Of a stretch of DNA of 64,000 nucleotides, positions 43,810-55,349 are shown piece by piece. The notes beneath the pieces are model-generated. The model was not told the DNA's origin. It saw nothing but the letters and a program-made list of their open reading frames with translations, and searched no databases. Every line of letters begins with the position of its first letter. The first letter of the stretch is position 1. The stretch lies in the NCBI GenBank assembly GCA_000004985.1, contig GG738846.1. One strand, 5' to 3'. A program made the position numbers and the translations under genes. This DNA is from Naegleria gruberi (lineage: Eukaryota).

Positions 43810-44188
43810 ACAGTGATGACGATTCTTCCTCCATCTTAGTTTTGCTTATTTTTTTAATGATGATGATGAGGACGATTTGTTATTTACAGTAACGTTTTTT
43901 CAATAAAAGCAGCGATGGGTTGTGGATTTCAGTGCTTTTGTGAAATACTTTTTATTTCAATATTCTTTCATTACTTCTTGGCCACAGTTCCTTTCAATGA
44001 CTGGTTCAGATGTGAATATTTCAGATGCCAATATGATGTTCTTGCTTGTGTTCAAACCATAAAAACATTCTTGTTCCAATAAAAACTAGAAAGCAATAAT
44101 AAAAATAAATCAAAAAAATTCTCAAACCCTCTTCTCTGCAACTTTTCTCTTCTCATTGATCAACAATAAAAATTCATGAGTTTTGAAG

Positions 44189-44236
44189 ATGAATATAAAA
44201 CACATTTGCTTCACAGCATTTAGCACGGAAGAAAGG
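44189..44236 (+). CDS. TopBP1/Dpb11-like multi-BRCT protein, exon 1 of 4
   Basis: ATG at 44189, encoding MNIKHICFTAFSTEER. A GTAAGT donor lies at 44237. Confidence 0.55.
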
Positions 44237-44283
44237 GTAAGTAGTGATTTTTATTTAATGTATGATGATGATTTTGTTGATAG

Positions 44284-44625
44284 AAAGAATTATCGGAAAA
44301 GGCAATAAATCTGGGGCTTATTGTGGATACTAATTTCGAAATATATACCGAAGTATTGATTGCTCATAGAATCGGAACAGATAAATACAGGCTAGCAGCA
44401 GAAAAAAAGATACCAATCTTGAAGAAGGAGTGGTTGTTAGCCTGTGAAACAGAAGGAGAATTGGTGAGCATTGAAAAGTACAAACTTCCTTGTCTTTATA
44501 ACTGTACAATTTCTGTCACAGGATTCAAGGAAAAGGAGAGAAGCCAAATCAAAAATTTATGCGAGCAGAACGGAGCCTCCTATTCATCAAGTCTCACAAC
44601 AGGCTATACCCATTTAATTTGTTTG
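44284..44625 (+). CDS. TopBP1/Dpb11-like, exon 2 of 4 (BRCT 1 start)
   Basis: The 47-nt intron ends in TTGTTGATAG. The frame matches ORF 44323-44640, whose 'M' is a GTG. The exon ends at 44625 before GTATGT. Confidence 0.65.
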
Positions 44626-44672
44626 GTATGTTGTAAATAATAATATTGAGATTTTTCTAATCATCACAATAG

Positions 44673-44842
44673 AAGGGAGGTAGTGAAAAATTCCATTTTG
44701 CACTTTCGAATAATATTACCGTAGTGGGTATTGATTGGATTAAAAAGTCTGTAAAGGCAGGTTATGCTTTGGATGAAGCTGATTTTATTCTAAGCACCAT
44801 TTCAGAGGAAGAGAAACAACAATGTCTTGAAATTGCAAACAA
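44673..44842 (+). CDS. TopBP1/Dpb11-like, exon 3 of 4
   Basis: The 47-nt intron (44626-44672) ends in CACAATAG. The exon encodes KGGSEKFHFALSNNITVVGIDWIKKSVKAGYALDE..., the BRCT W-x-x-x-C/S region. A GTAAGT donor lies at 44843. Confidence 0.65.
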
Positions 44843-44881
44843 GTAAGTAATATTTAATACCCAAACAATTTATCATATCAG

Positions 44882-47270
44882 ATTCAAGCAGCAAATAGGA
44901 TTGGAAATGGAGGAGGTTGTAAAACCCTCAGTAAAACACTCAATTCTTCAAACTCAAGGAATGAAGTTGGATACATCAAGCACAGAATCATTCTCTCTGA
45001 GCTCACAATTTTCATCTGAGGATGTTCAACTTTCGCTCTTTAATGGATTAGTTTTCTATCTTGTTGGATTTCCTACAGACCTAGTAACTAGTGTGAGAAA
45101 ATTAATTAGAAAGTATGGTGGAAATGCCACTTTTACAACAAACAGTTTGAATTATATAATAGCTAACGACAATACACCACCTGAAACCATCAAAAATCTC
45201 AAAGAGAAACTCAATTATGATCCTCCAGTTGTTTCATACAAGTGGTTCCTTAATTGTATAGAGAGTATGCAAGTTTTACCTATTGAGGAGAAAAATGAAC
45301 AAAATGAAAAAATATCCTCAAGTACATTCGATGACAATAATATTGATATTGATATCAGCGAAGAGGATTTAGCTGATGCAATCCAATCTCAAACTTGTAT
45401 TACAAATGAGATGACACATGAAAAGAATGAAAAGCTTCTCTTTTCTAGCCTTTTGTTCAAGCTTGCTGACAATTTATTGTCACAAAAACAAATTGCTAAA
45501 TCTATAATTGAAAGGAATGGTGGAAAATTTGTGAATTTAGGACTAGATTATGATTTTATAATATATCCAGAGTCTTGCAAAACCCCTCGTGAAACTAACC
45601 CAAAAATAAGAACACTAAAATGGCTAAAAGACTCGGATGCTGAAAAAACTGTAAAGACTGCAGAGGAGTGTCTACTTTATGTGCCTACCTTCAGATTGGC
45701 TCTTGATAAAATCAAAACTGAAAATGAAAGGCTCCTCATTGTAATTTCCGGATACCCTGATCAAAAGCAGATATTACAATCTATTATTGAGGCTCTGGGT
45801 GGTTCCACTTCCAAGACTATGAGAAAAACTGCAGACATTCTGGTTTGTGAAAAGAAATCTGACAAGTCGGATTTTGCCATCAAACACCAGATACCAGTTG
45901 TTAATGAGAAATGGCTGTTTGATAGCTATAAGGCTGGATACTTCCTTTCTCCCACAGATTTTATTTTCAATCCTAACTCTACAAATTCTAACATCACACC
46001 CAATATTTCTGTGAAAACCAGCATCACAACCACCAACACTACAGACAAAAATATTAATAAGGATACCTCGACTAGCACCACACCGACAGAAAAAAAATCA
46101 ACCAATCTTCCTGTATTTGAAAAGACTGAAAAGGCAGATAAAGAGGATCAGATAACACCAACAAAGACTATAATACTCGATGAAAATGCACGAGATTCCA
46201 ATTCTCCTCATAGTACTACCAATATCCAACCCCCAACTATGCCAGCTCCTCCCACTCCTACCACTGTAATACCTGTTGATACTGCAGCTTTAACTAATTT
46301 CAAAAGCAAATTGCTCGATAAACTACCAAAGAGGAAGGATACCACTACAAAGGCAATAGAATTTTCTGAACAATCAAACGTACATTTTATTCCAAAAAAG
46401 AATTTGGAAAATCTGACATTTTTCAATTCTCAAAACACTTCAGAATCCAATAGTCTCTCACACTATGGAGGCACCTCTGAAGCAGAAAATGAATACAATG
46501 AAAAGGTAAAGAATGATAGAAATAGAACTATTCCAGATTTTGCTATGAGTCTTGGGACATTTGCTGAAACCCAAGTTATTGATCACGACAATGAGGTTCA
46601 AAAAATCAAATGGAAACAATCGAATGCAGAGAAACGTCACTTTTTACTTTCTTCATTAGCCGAAAAGCAAAAAAAGGAGGTCACAAAATACATCCAAGCC
46701 TTGGATGGAGTAATAGATGAATTGTACATACCCAATGTGACAACACATTTTATTGCTGGCTCAGCAGTTCAAACTGAGAAATTTCTATGTAGTGTAGCTG
46801 CAGGTATTTGGATTCTTTGCCCAAAATATGTTGAAGATAGTTACCAACAGCAATACTGGATACAAGAGGATGACTATCAATGGATCCATAAGCAAGCCGA
46901 TATTAAGTCAGATCAACAGGATGCTATCAGGTATCTCATAACTGCCCAAAAAATTAGGGATAACAAGACTAAGCCATTTTCAGGAATGTCAGTCTTTTTC
47001 GTTCAGAACACAAACCCTTCATTTGTTAGAATTATTACTGCAGGAGGTGGGGTGATACTCCCTTCCATAACTGATCCACGTCTCACTCATATTTTCGTAA
47101 AGGAGGCAAGTGACACTGAAGATATGAAAAAAGCATATCCCAATACTTTTGTGACCTATGAAGAGCAAATTAGCGGTTTTCTAATGACTGATGAAAAGAA
47201 AACTTCTAGAGAAACATCAAGTGAAGAAAGTGAAAAGAAGAAGAGGAAAGTAATAAAGAAAAGCAAATAA
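44882..47270 (+). CDS. TopBP1/Dpb11-like, exon 4 of 4 (at least 3 further BRCT domains)
   Basis: The 39-nt intron (44843-44881) ends in ATCAG. The BRCT motifs are FNGLVFYLVGF ... VVSYKWFLNCIES, LLIVISGYPDQ ... EKWLFDSYKAG, and SGMSVFFVQNT ... VILPS. Total CDS is 2949 nt, giving 982 aa. Confidence 0.7.
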
Positions 47271-47287
47271 TTTGTTTTCAATGTTTG

Positions 47288-47443
47288 TTAACATTTTTGT
47301 AATCTGTATGTTGTCTCTAACCAATCTGAATCATCACAATCATATAATTTAGTCTTTTTAGTCTTTTTGTTTACCAGGTTATGTAATTTACACATCCATC
47401 GTTCCTTACTCTTGTACTGTTTTTCGAATCCTTTATAAGGAAA
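47288..47443 (-). CDS. Erv1/ALR-family oxidase, exon 2 of 2
   Basis: After a ~108-nt intron the frame encodes FPYKGFEKQYKSKERWMCKLHNLVNKKTKKTKLYDCDDSDW...*. This matches the Erv C-terminal W-x-C-x-x-HN-x-VN ... FDC ... W block, which the unspliced ORF lacks. Confidence 0.55.
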   Translation of the reverse strand, partial: FPYKGFEKQYKSKERWMCKLHNLVNKKTKKTKLYDCDDSDWLETTYRLQKC

Positions 47444-47551
47444 CTTTGTTAAAATACCTATTTAACCACATCAATGATTTCAAAAATCATTTTTTCAATA
47501 AAATACCAAATTATTTGACATTTCAATTATGTATTGATTACTAAATTTTAC

Positions 47552-47980
47552 TCTACCTTTAAAATCATTAGAGCATTGTTTACAAGGAAACAAATCAGCA
47601 GTCATATAAACCCATTTCAATAATTTATCTTGATCCAAATCTTTATAATTCTGTACAAAAGCATGGAAAACATTCCAAACATGAGGTCCAATCATTTCTC
47701 TCGTTAGTGTTCCCTTATTTTCCTCTATATTACATTGTGTATTCAATGATGACGATTCCAATCTAGCAAAATACTCTTTCAAAAACAATTCCTCCTCTTC
47801 CTCCGATAAATAAACAGGAACAATCGATGACTTGTTATATTGTACATTAAATAAAACAAAAATAAATATCGTTGATAGAATTAGAATGATGAAAAATAAA
47901 TATTTTTGATGATGATGTTGATATTTGAATGGTGATCCCGATCCCGAAAGTACTGGCAGTGTTGTTGTTGAGGGGATCAT
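47552..47980 (-). CDS. Erv1/ALR-family FAD sulfhydryl oxidase with N-terminal TM anchor, exon 1 of 2
   Basis: ATG at 47980. The TM helix is YLFFIILILSTIFIFVLFNV. The Erv motifs are GPHVWNVFHAFVQNY and the redox CxxC in FPCKQCSNDF. The candidate donor is GTAAAA at 47551 on the minus strand, and its exact position is uncertain. Confidence 0.55.
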
Positions 47981-48167
47981 TTTTTTTGAAATTGTAAAGA
48001 TTTTGTATTACTCCTCGTTTGGTGATTTTTTTAATTACCTGAAATAATGTGTTAAATGTCAAAGGTAGCCGTCAGGTTTAAAGGTAGTTCTCCACAAACT
48101 AAAAATTATTAATTTCGCTCAAAATTTATCTAATTACCCGCGAATTGGTAATAAATTGAAAAAAAAA

Positions 48168-51100
48168 ATGTTGGCAAGAAAATTGTTTGGAAAATGCACA
48201 ACAAATAATCGCCATCTCGTATTAAAATCATCGCAATATGCCACAAAATTCTACTCCACAAGTGGTGCTGAAAAAAATTTAGTTGCAAATATTGAGAGTT
48301 GTATAAGAAATATTAATAATCATTATCGGAGTAAGAAAGAAAAAGAATTTAATAACGGTTTGCTGGATTTGAAGCAATTTTGCTCCCAATTAAATGATGC
48401 AACGGAAAGGAAACTAAATGAAAAATCGTGGAATTTTTTGATTCAACAATTTTGTAGAAACGAAGCCTTTAGTGATGAAGCTACATTTTGGTTCAGAAGA
48501 GTTATGAAAGAGAAGAAATTAGCCACTCCAAATTCATTCACTTTGACTGCGATATTAAAATCATTCTCTACTATTGGTGAATTAGATATGTGTGAAGAAA
48601 TTCTACAAGAATTAGAAAGTCAAGGACTATGCAACGTTTTCTCATACATATACTACACAAAAGCTTGTCTTCAAAATGGAAACACTGAGAAGGCTTTCAG
48701 TGTTATTGGACGTATGGAGAGTAAACAAATTGAACCAAGTTTTGGAATATACATTCCTCTTCTAAAGGAAGCAACTAACCAAAATAATGTGGAAGTTGGA
48801 TTGAAACTTTATGATATGATCAAAAAAAGTAACTTGGCAAGTTTTCAATTATCATCTTGTATCGCCACTTTTGCTTTGAAGGTGAACCGACCAGATATTG
48901 CAATCGAAGAATACGAAAAGATTAAACAGAGTGAATTGATGAATGTTATAACTTGGACATGTTTAATTCAAGCATACATTCAACAAAATGATACTGAGAA
49001 AGCAATAGATACGCTTATTGACATGAAAAAACATGGTATATACCCAGATTCTGCAACATTCACAATTTTATTGAGTGCATGTGCAAATTCTAATATGTAT
49101 GAAGAAGGAGTTAAAATTCATGAACTTGCAAAACAAACACTCAAAGATTTCACAATTGGATTATCAAACACAATTATTAATTTTTACACAAAATGTGGTT
49201 ATTCAAATATTGCCATAGAAGAATGTGAAAAATTGAAACAGAACGGATTGATGAATGTTGTAACTTGGACATGTTTAATTCAAGCATACATTCAACAAAA
49301 TGACATTGAGAAAGCAATAGATATGATTATTGACATGAAAAAGCATGGTATTTACCCAGATTCTGCAACATTCACAATTTTATTGAGTGCATGTGCAAAT
49401 TCTAATATGTATGAAGAAGGAGTTAAAATTCATGAACTTGCAAAACAAACACTCAAAGATTTTCAATTAGACTATCAACAGCAACTATTAATTTTTACAC
49501 TAAATGTGGTTATTCAAATATTGCCATAGAAGAATGTGAAAAATTGAAACAGAAAGGATTGATGAATGTTATAACTTGGACATGTTTAATTCAAGCATAC
49601 ATTCAACAAAATGATATTGAGAAAGCAATGAATACGATTATTGACATGAAAAACAGTGGTGTTATACCTAGATTCAACAACATTCACAATTTTATTGAGT
49701 GCATGTGCAAATTCTAATATGTATGAAGAAGGAGTTAAAATTCATGAACTTGCAAAACAAACACTCAAAGATTTCACAATTGAATTATCAAACACAATTA
49801 TTAATTTTTACACAAAATGTGGTTATTCAAATATTGCAATCGAAGAATACGAAAAGATTAAACAGAGTGAATTGATGAATGTTATAACTTGGACATGTTT
49901 AATTCAAGCATACATTCAACAAAATGATATTGAGAAAGCAATAGATACGCTTATTGACATGAAAAAACATGGTATATACCCAGATTCTGCAACATTCACA
50001 ATTTTATTGAGTGCATGTGCAAATTCTAATATGTATGAAGAAGGAGTTAAAATTCATGAACTTGCAAAACAAACACTCAAAGATTTCACAATTGAATTAT
50101 CCAACACAACTATTAATTTTTACACTAAATGTGGTTATTCAAATATTGCCATTGAAGAATGTGAAAAATTGAAACAGAACGGATTGATGAATGTTGTAAC
50201 TTGGACATGTTTAATTCAAGCATACATTCAACAAAATGACATTGAGAAAGCAATAGATATGATTATTGACATGAAAAAGCATGGTATATACCCAGATTCT
50301 GCAACATTCACAATTTTATTGAGTGCATGTGCAAAATCTAATATGTATGAAGAAGGAGTTAAAATTCATGAACTTGCAAAACAAACACTCAAAATATTTT
50401 CTTTAGAGCTATCGACAGCGACTATTAATTTTTATACTAAATGTGGTTATTCAAATATTGCCATTGAAGAATGTGAAAAATTGAAACAGAAAGGATTGAT
50501 GAATGTTATAACTTGGACATGTTTAATTCAAGCATACATTCAACAAAATGACGTTGAGAAAGCACTGAATACGATTACTAATATGAAAAACAGTGGTGTT
50601 GTACCTAACTCAACAACATTCACAATTTTATTGAGTGCATGTGCAAATTCTAATATGTATGAAGAAGGAGTTAAAATTCATGAACTTGCAAAACAAACTC
50701 TCAAAGTTTTCACAATTGAATTATCGCAACACAATTATTAATTTTTACACAAAATGTGGTTATCCAAATATTGCAATCGAAGAATATGAAAAGATTAAAC
50801 AGAGTGAATTGATGAATGTTATAACTTGGACATGTTTAATTCAAGCATACATTCAACAAAATGACATTGATAAAGCAATAGATACGCTTATTGACATGAA
50901 AAAACATGGTATATACCCAGATTCTGCAACATTCACAATTTTATTGAGTGAATGTGCAAATTCTAATATGTATGAAGAAGGAGTTAAAATTCATGAACTT
51001 GCAAAACAAACTCTCAAAGATTTCACAATTGAATTATCAAACACAATTATTAATTTTTACACTAAATGTGGTTATTCAAATATTGCCATAGAAGAATGTG

Positions 51101-53364
51101 AAAAATTGAAACAGAAAGGATTGATGAATGTTGTAACTTGGACATGTTTAATTCAAGCATACATTCAACAAAATGACATTGAGAAAGCAATAGATATGAT
51201 TATTGACATGAAAAAGAGTGGTGTTTACCTAGATTCAACAACATTCACAATTTTATTGAGTGCATGTGCAAATTCTAATATGTATGAAGAAGGAGTTAAA
51301 ATTCATGAACTTGCAAAACAAACTCTCAAAGATTTCACATTTGAACTATCAGACACAATTATTAATTTTTACACAAAATGTGGTTATTCAAATATCGCCA
51401 TTGAAGAATGTGAAAAACTGAAACATAACGGATTGATGAATGTTGTAACTTGGAACTGTTTAATTCAAGCATACATTCAACAAAATGACATTGAGAAAGC
51501 AATAGATATGATTATTGACATGAAAAAGCATGGTGTTGTACCTAATTCAACAACATTCACAATTTTATTGAGTGCATGCGCAAATTCTAATATGTATGAA
51601 GAAGGAGTTAAAATTCATGAACTTGCAAAACAAACACTCAAAGTATTTTCTTTAGAGCTATCGACAGCGACTATTAATTTTTATACTAAATGTGGTTATT
51701 CAAATATCGCTATTGAGGAATGTGAAAAACTGAAACAGAAAGGATTGATGAATGTTGTAACTTGGACATGTTTAATTCAAGCATACATTCAACAAAATGA
51801 TATTGAGAAAGCAATGAATACGATTATTAATATGAAAAAGAGTGGTGTTGTACCTAATTCAACAACATTCACAATTTTATTGAGTGCATGTGCAAATTCT
51901 AATATGTATGAAGAAGGAGTTAAAATTCATGAACTTGCAAAACAAACACTCAAAGATTTCACAATTGAATTATCAAACACAATTATTAATTTTTACACAA
52001 AATGTGGTTATTCAAATATTGCCATAGAAGAATGTGAAAAATTGAAACAGAACGGATTGATGAATGTTGTAACTTGGAACTGTTTAATTCAAGCATACAT
52101 TCAACAAAATGATATGTCAAACACCCACACTCCATCAGATGCAGAATATGGGTTGAATAAGGCATTTAGAGTCTATCAGGAAATGAAACAAAAAAACTTT
52201 GAACCTAACAGTTATACCTTCAGCATTTTAATGGCAGCGTGTGGAGAATATGTAGCTTCAAACATTGGAATTCAAATAATTGAGGATATAAAACAAAACA
52301 ACATGGATATCTATGAAGAGGTTATTTCTGGTATGGTTTATTTTTACTCTAGAGTTGGCCAAAAAGAAACTGCACAACAATTATTTGATAATCTTGTTAG
52401 AAAGAAGGATGAATCAAAAGAACCACTTTCTATCGTCACTTATACTAATATGCTTTCTTGTTATGCACAACACGGTAAAGGATATGAAGCTCAAAAACTG
52501 TTCGATGAAATTGTTGAAAAGAAAGTCAAAATTGATGAAATAACTCTAATAGTATTATTGAATGCATATTCACATTGTGGAATGGTTGAAGAAGCAATTC
52601 AATTATATAATGATATGAAACCAAAACATAATTTTAATCCAACCCTCTCTATTGATTGCGTTATGATTGATGTGTTTTCTCGTGCAGGAAGATTTGAGGA
52701 AGCAGAAAAACTAATAGGTAGTCGCAATGATATTGGTTTGTGGGGCGCATTGATGGGAGGATGTAGAAAATTCAATAAGATTGAACTTGGTGAAAAAGTA
52801 TTTAACAAAATGACAACAATTGATGAAAAACTAACCTCACCCTATATATTATTATCCCATATCTACACATATCATGGATTAAACGAAAAAGCTAACAAAT
52901 TGCAAAAATTGATGCGAAAAAGAGGTATAAAAAAATTGCCTGGTATTGTGTATCATGAAGAAAATGGCATTGTATTTAGATTTATTTCTGGATCTGACGA
53001 CCACAAAGAGGACTCTCAAATGTTTGCACAAATTGAGAGAATGAGAGATGAAATATTTCGTAAAATTATTAAGGCTGGATATAGACCAGATACAAGATGG
53101 GTTACCAGAACCGAATCATTGTCAGAGGAGGAAAAAGTTAATTTGCTTTATCGACATGCTGAAAAAACAGCCATTGCTCACGCCTTTGTTTTGAATCCAA
53201 ATAGAAAGAAAATAGTATTAACAAAAAATCTGAGAGTTTGCAATGATTGCCATTCGGCTACTACGTACATTTCAAAAGTGATGGATGTTGAAATTATTGT
53301 AAGAGATGCCAATAGGTATCATCATTTCAAAGATGGAAAATGTAGTTGTGGTGGTTATTGGTAA
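48168..53364 (+). CDS. PLS-type pentatricopeptide repeat protein with C-terminal E/DYW cytidine-deaminase domain; reading frame broken by three 1-nt indels (pseudogene or assembly error)
   Basis: ATG at 48168 (the track start at 48156 is TTG). The N-terminus MLARKLFGKCTTNNRHLVLKSSQYATKFYSTS looks like a mitochondrial presequence. There are about 10 tandem 105-aa units (a P-L-S PPR triplet: ...NVVTWTCLIQAYIQQNDIEKAIDMIIDMKKHGIYPDSATFTILLSACANSNMYEEGVKIHELAKQ...). The C-terminus carries HAEKTAIAHAF ... CNDCH ... CSCGGYW, which is the HxE/CxxCH zinc-binding DYW signature. Frame breaks: a 1-nt deletion near 49465, a 1-nt insertion near 49665, and a 1-nt insertion near 50715. Confidence 0.7.
48880..52110. 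repeat. Tandem array of ~10 near-identical 315-bp units (coding PLS triplets)
   Basis: By eye, units such as 49107-49421, 50027-50341 and 51687-52000 differ at only a few percent of positions. Confidence 0.8.
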
Positions 53365-53962
53365 ATTTGTTCCAAATACACAACATGATACAAATTATTA
53401 AACTAATTTTGATAAATTCCAATTTTGGTGATCTTCACACACTTACAACTAATAATCATAAATGTGTGGCATTCAGATAGAATATTAGAAACAATAATAA
53501 ACAATACCAATAATGAATTCGAAACAACAATTGGTTTATTATTGTTTCTAATATTCTTGCCTTTGTTTCGTCTTGGCAAATGTCTTGTTGAAAAACTAAA
53601 CTGTAAAGACAGTTATATCCATCAACTTCACAAAATGACAAACTTCCCACAATAGGAAATTTGTCCTCCTTTGCTCTTCATACTATTTTAGACTCTTCAA
53701 AACATCATTCACACTTTACAAAACCTGAAGGTTAGGCATCTAACCACAACATTTTAATTATTGATAAATATCAATAATCAATTACCAAGGACAAATCCAC
53801 TCGCAACAATTCGCACCTCACATGCAATAATAATCCACTCACTCTTTCACATTTTATGAAACAAGCGCACACGCTCACAAAAAAGTTGCCAAGATTTTCA
53901 AAAAAAAACAAATCACGCATTGCAAACTCATTGTTTTGTTTCTGTTTGGAGAAGAGAAGAAA

Positions 53963-55312
53963 ATGGTTTTAAATTCATCAACGTTAAACAGGATGAGTAG
54001 TACAATCTCGAGGAGGTTGATCGTTTGTGGTGCTGCTACCATCATGATTTTGTGCGTAATTTTGAGTGGTGTTACTTCTGCTACTACAAGTAATAGCAAT
54101 AATAACAAAATTTCGGAATCAACACTGATTACTACAACAGCAACTAGTAGTGACAATGACTCATCATCAACCACCACAACAACAATATTGGGTTATGTTG
54201 GATCATTGATTGCCATTCTCTTCTATGGAAGTAACTATGTAGTCACAAAGAAATATCCAACAGGAGATGGTGTTGCCTTTTCCTGGTTAATGTCTAATGG
54301 TATTTTCTTTGTTGGATTCATATCATTGGCTCTCACAACTGATAACAAGTTGATTTTTGTTCCGACTGGATTGTTGAGTGGAAGTATTTGGGCCACTGGT
54401 AATTTACTTGTCATTCCAATTATTAAATGTGTTGGGCTGGGTTTAGGATTTTTATTGTGGAGTGGTGCTAACTTGATTGGTGGATATTGTGTTGGTAAAT
54501 TGGGATTGTTTGGTGTTGAGAAGGAGGTGATTGATAGTTTGGGAGGTAATATTATGAACATTTTTGGTTTAGTTTGTGGTATTATCAGTTTATTATTATT
54601 CTTCTTTATTAAACCCCCACAGGAAAAGAAGAAGAATGATGATGAAACACCTCAAACTGAAGAAAATACAACTGAAGCTGCCACTGAGGGTACTTCATTG
54701 TTAAATAATGAAAATGAACCTCAACAAAATCTCAATGATGAAAAGTCAATCAATGATGACATTGTCGTTCAAGATGTTAGCAAGTTTAAAGCTTTTATGA
54801 ACAAGTTGAAAAAGATTTCTCAACATCCAGCATTTGTCAGATTATTAGGTATTGGTATGGCCATTACTGCAGGTTGTTTGTATGCTGTCAATTTGACTCC
54901 TTTCAAATTGTGGGTCCAACATGAAATTTACATTCACAACAAATCTCCAGGTCCTATTGATTTTGCCTTCTCTCATTTCAGTGGAATTTATTTATTGAAC
55001 TCGGCTGTATTTTTGATTTACATTTTAATCAAAAAGAATCAACCAGAAATTTATCCAAACATGATTATGAGTAGTATTATTAGTGGCGCCATGTGGGGTA
55101 TTGCTACTATTGGTTTATTGTACAGTTCTTCTTACTTGGGCTTTACTGTTGGTTATCCACTTGTTGCTATTGGACCATCTTTGGTTTCTACTTTCTGGAA
55201 CGTTTGTGTTTTTAGAGAAATTACTGGTGTTAGAAATTTGATCATCTTATCGTGCTCTTTGTTATTTGCTCTTATTGGTGTCATTTTGTTGGCTGTTAGT
55301 AAGATTATTTAA
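53963..55312 (+). CDS. DMT-superfamily / TMEM144-like putative sugar transporter (10 TM)
   Basis: The first ATG is at 53963 (the track start at 53936 is TTG). There are repeated hydrophobic helices. The conserved stretch is GNLLVIPIIKCVGLGLGFLLWSGANLIGGYCVGKLGLFG. A central acidic loop separates two 5-TM halves. Confidence 0.55.
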   Translation: MVLNSSTLNRMSSTISRRLIVCGAATIMILCVILSGVTSATTSNSNNNKISESTLITTTATSSDNDSSSTTTTTILGYVGSLIAILFYGSNYVVTKKYPTGDGVAFSWLMSNGIFFVGFISLALTTDNKLIFVPTGLLSGSIWATGNLLVIPIIKCVGLGLGFLLWSGANLIGGYCVGKLGLFGVEKEVIDSLGGNIMNIFGLVCGIISLLLFFFIKPPQEKKKNDDETPQTEENTTEAATEGTSLLNNENEPQQNLNDEKSINDDIVVQDVSKFKAFMNKLKKISQHPAFVRLLGIGMAITAGCLYAVNLTPFKLWVQHEIYIHNKSPGPIDFAFSHFSGIYLLNSAVFLIYILIKKNQPEIYPNMIMSSIISGAMWGIATIGLLYSSSYLGFTVGYPLVAIGPSLVSTFWNVCVFREITGVRNLIILSCSLLFALIGVILLAVSKII

Positions 55313-55349
55313 ATAATATTTTTGTACAATGTTTATTATAATAATTATT

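Noticed and set aside
48880-52110. Regular ~315-bp repeat array, considered as CRISPR-like or satellite DNA
   Set aside because: The units are coding (PPR P-L-S triplets in one continuous frame with codon-position variation). There are no spacer/repeat alternations and this is not a prokaryotic context. It is a tandemly duplicated gene interior.
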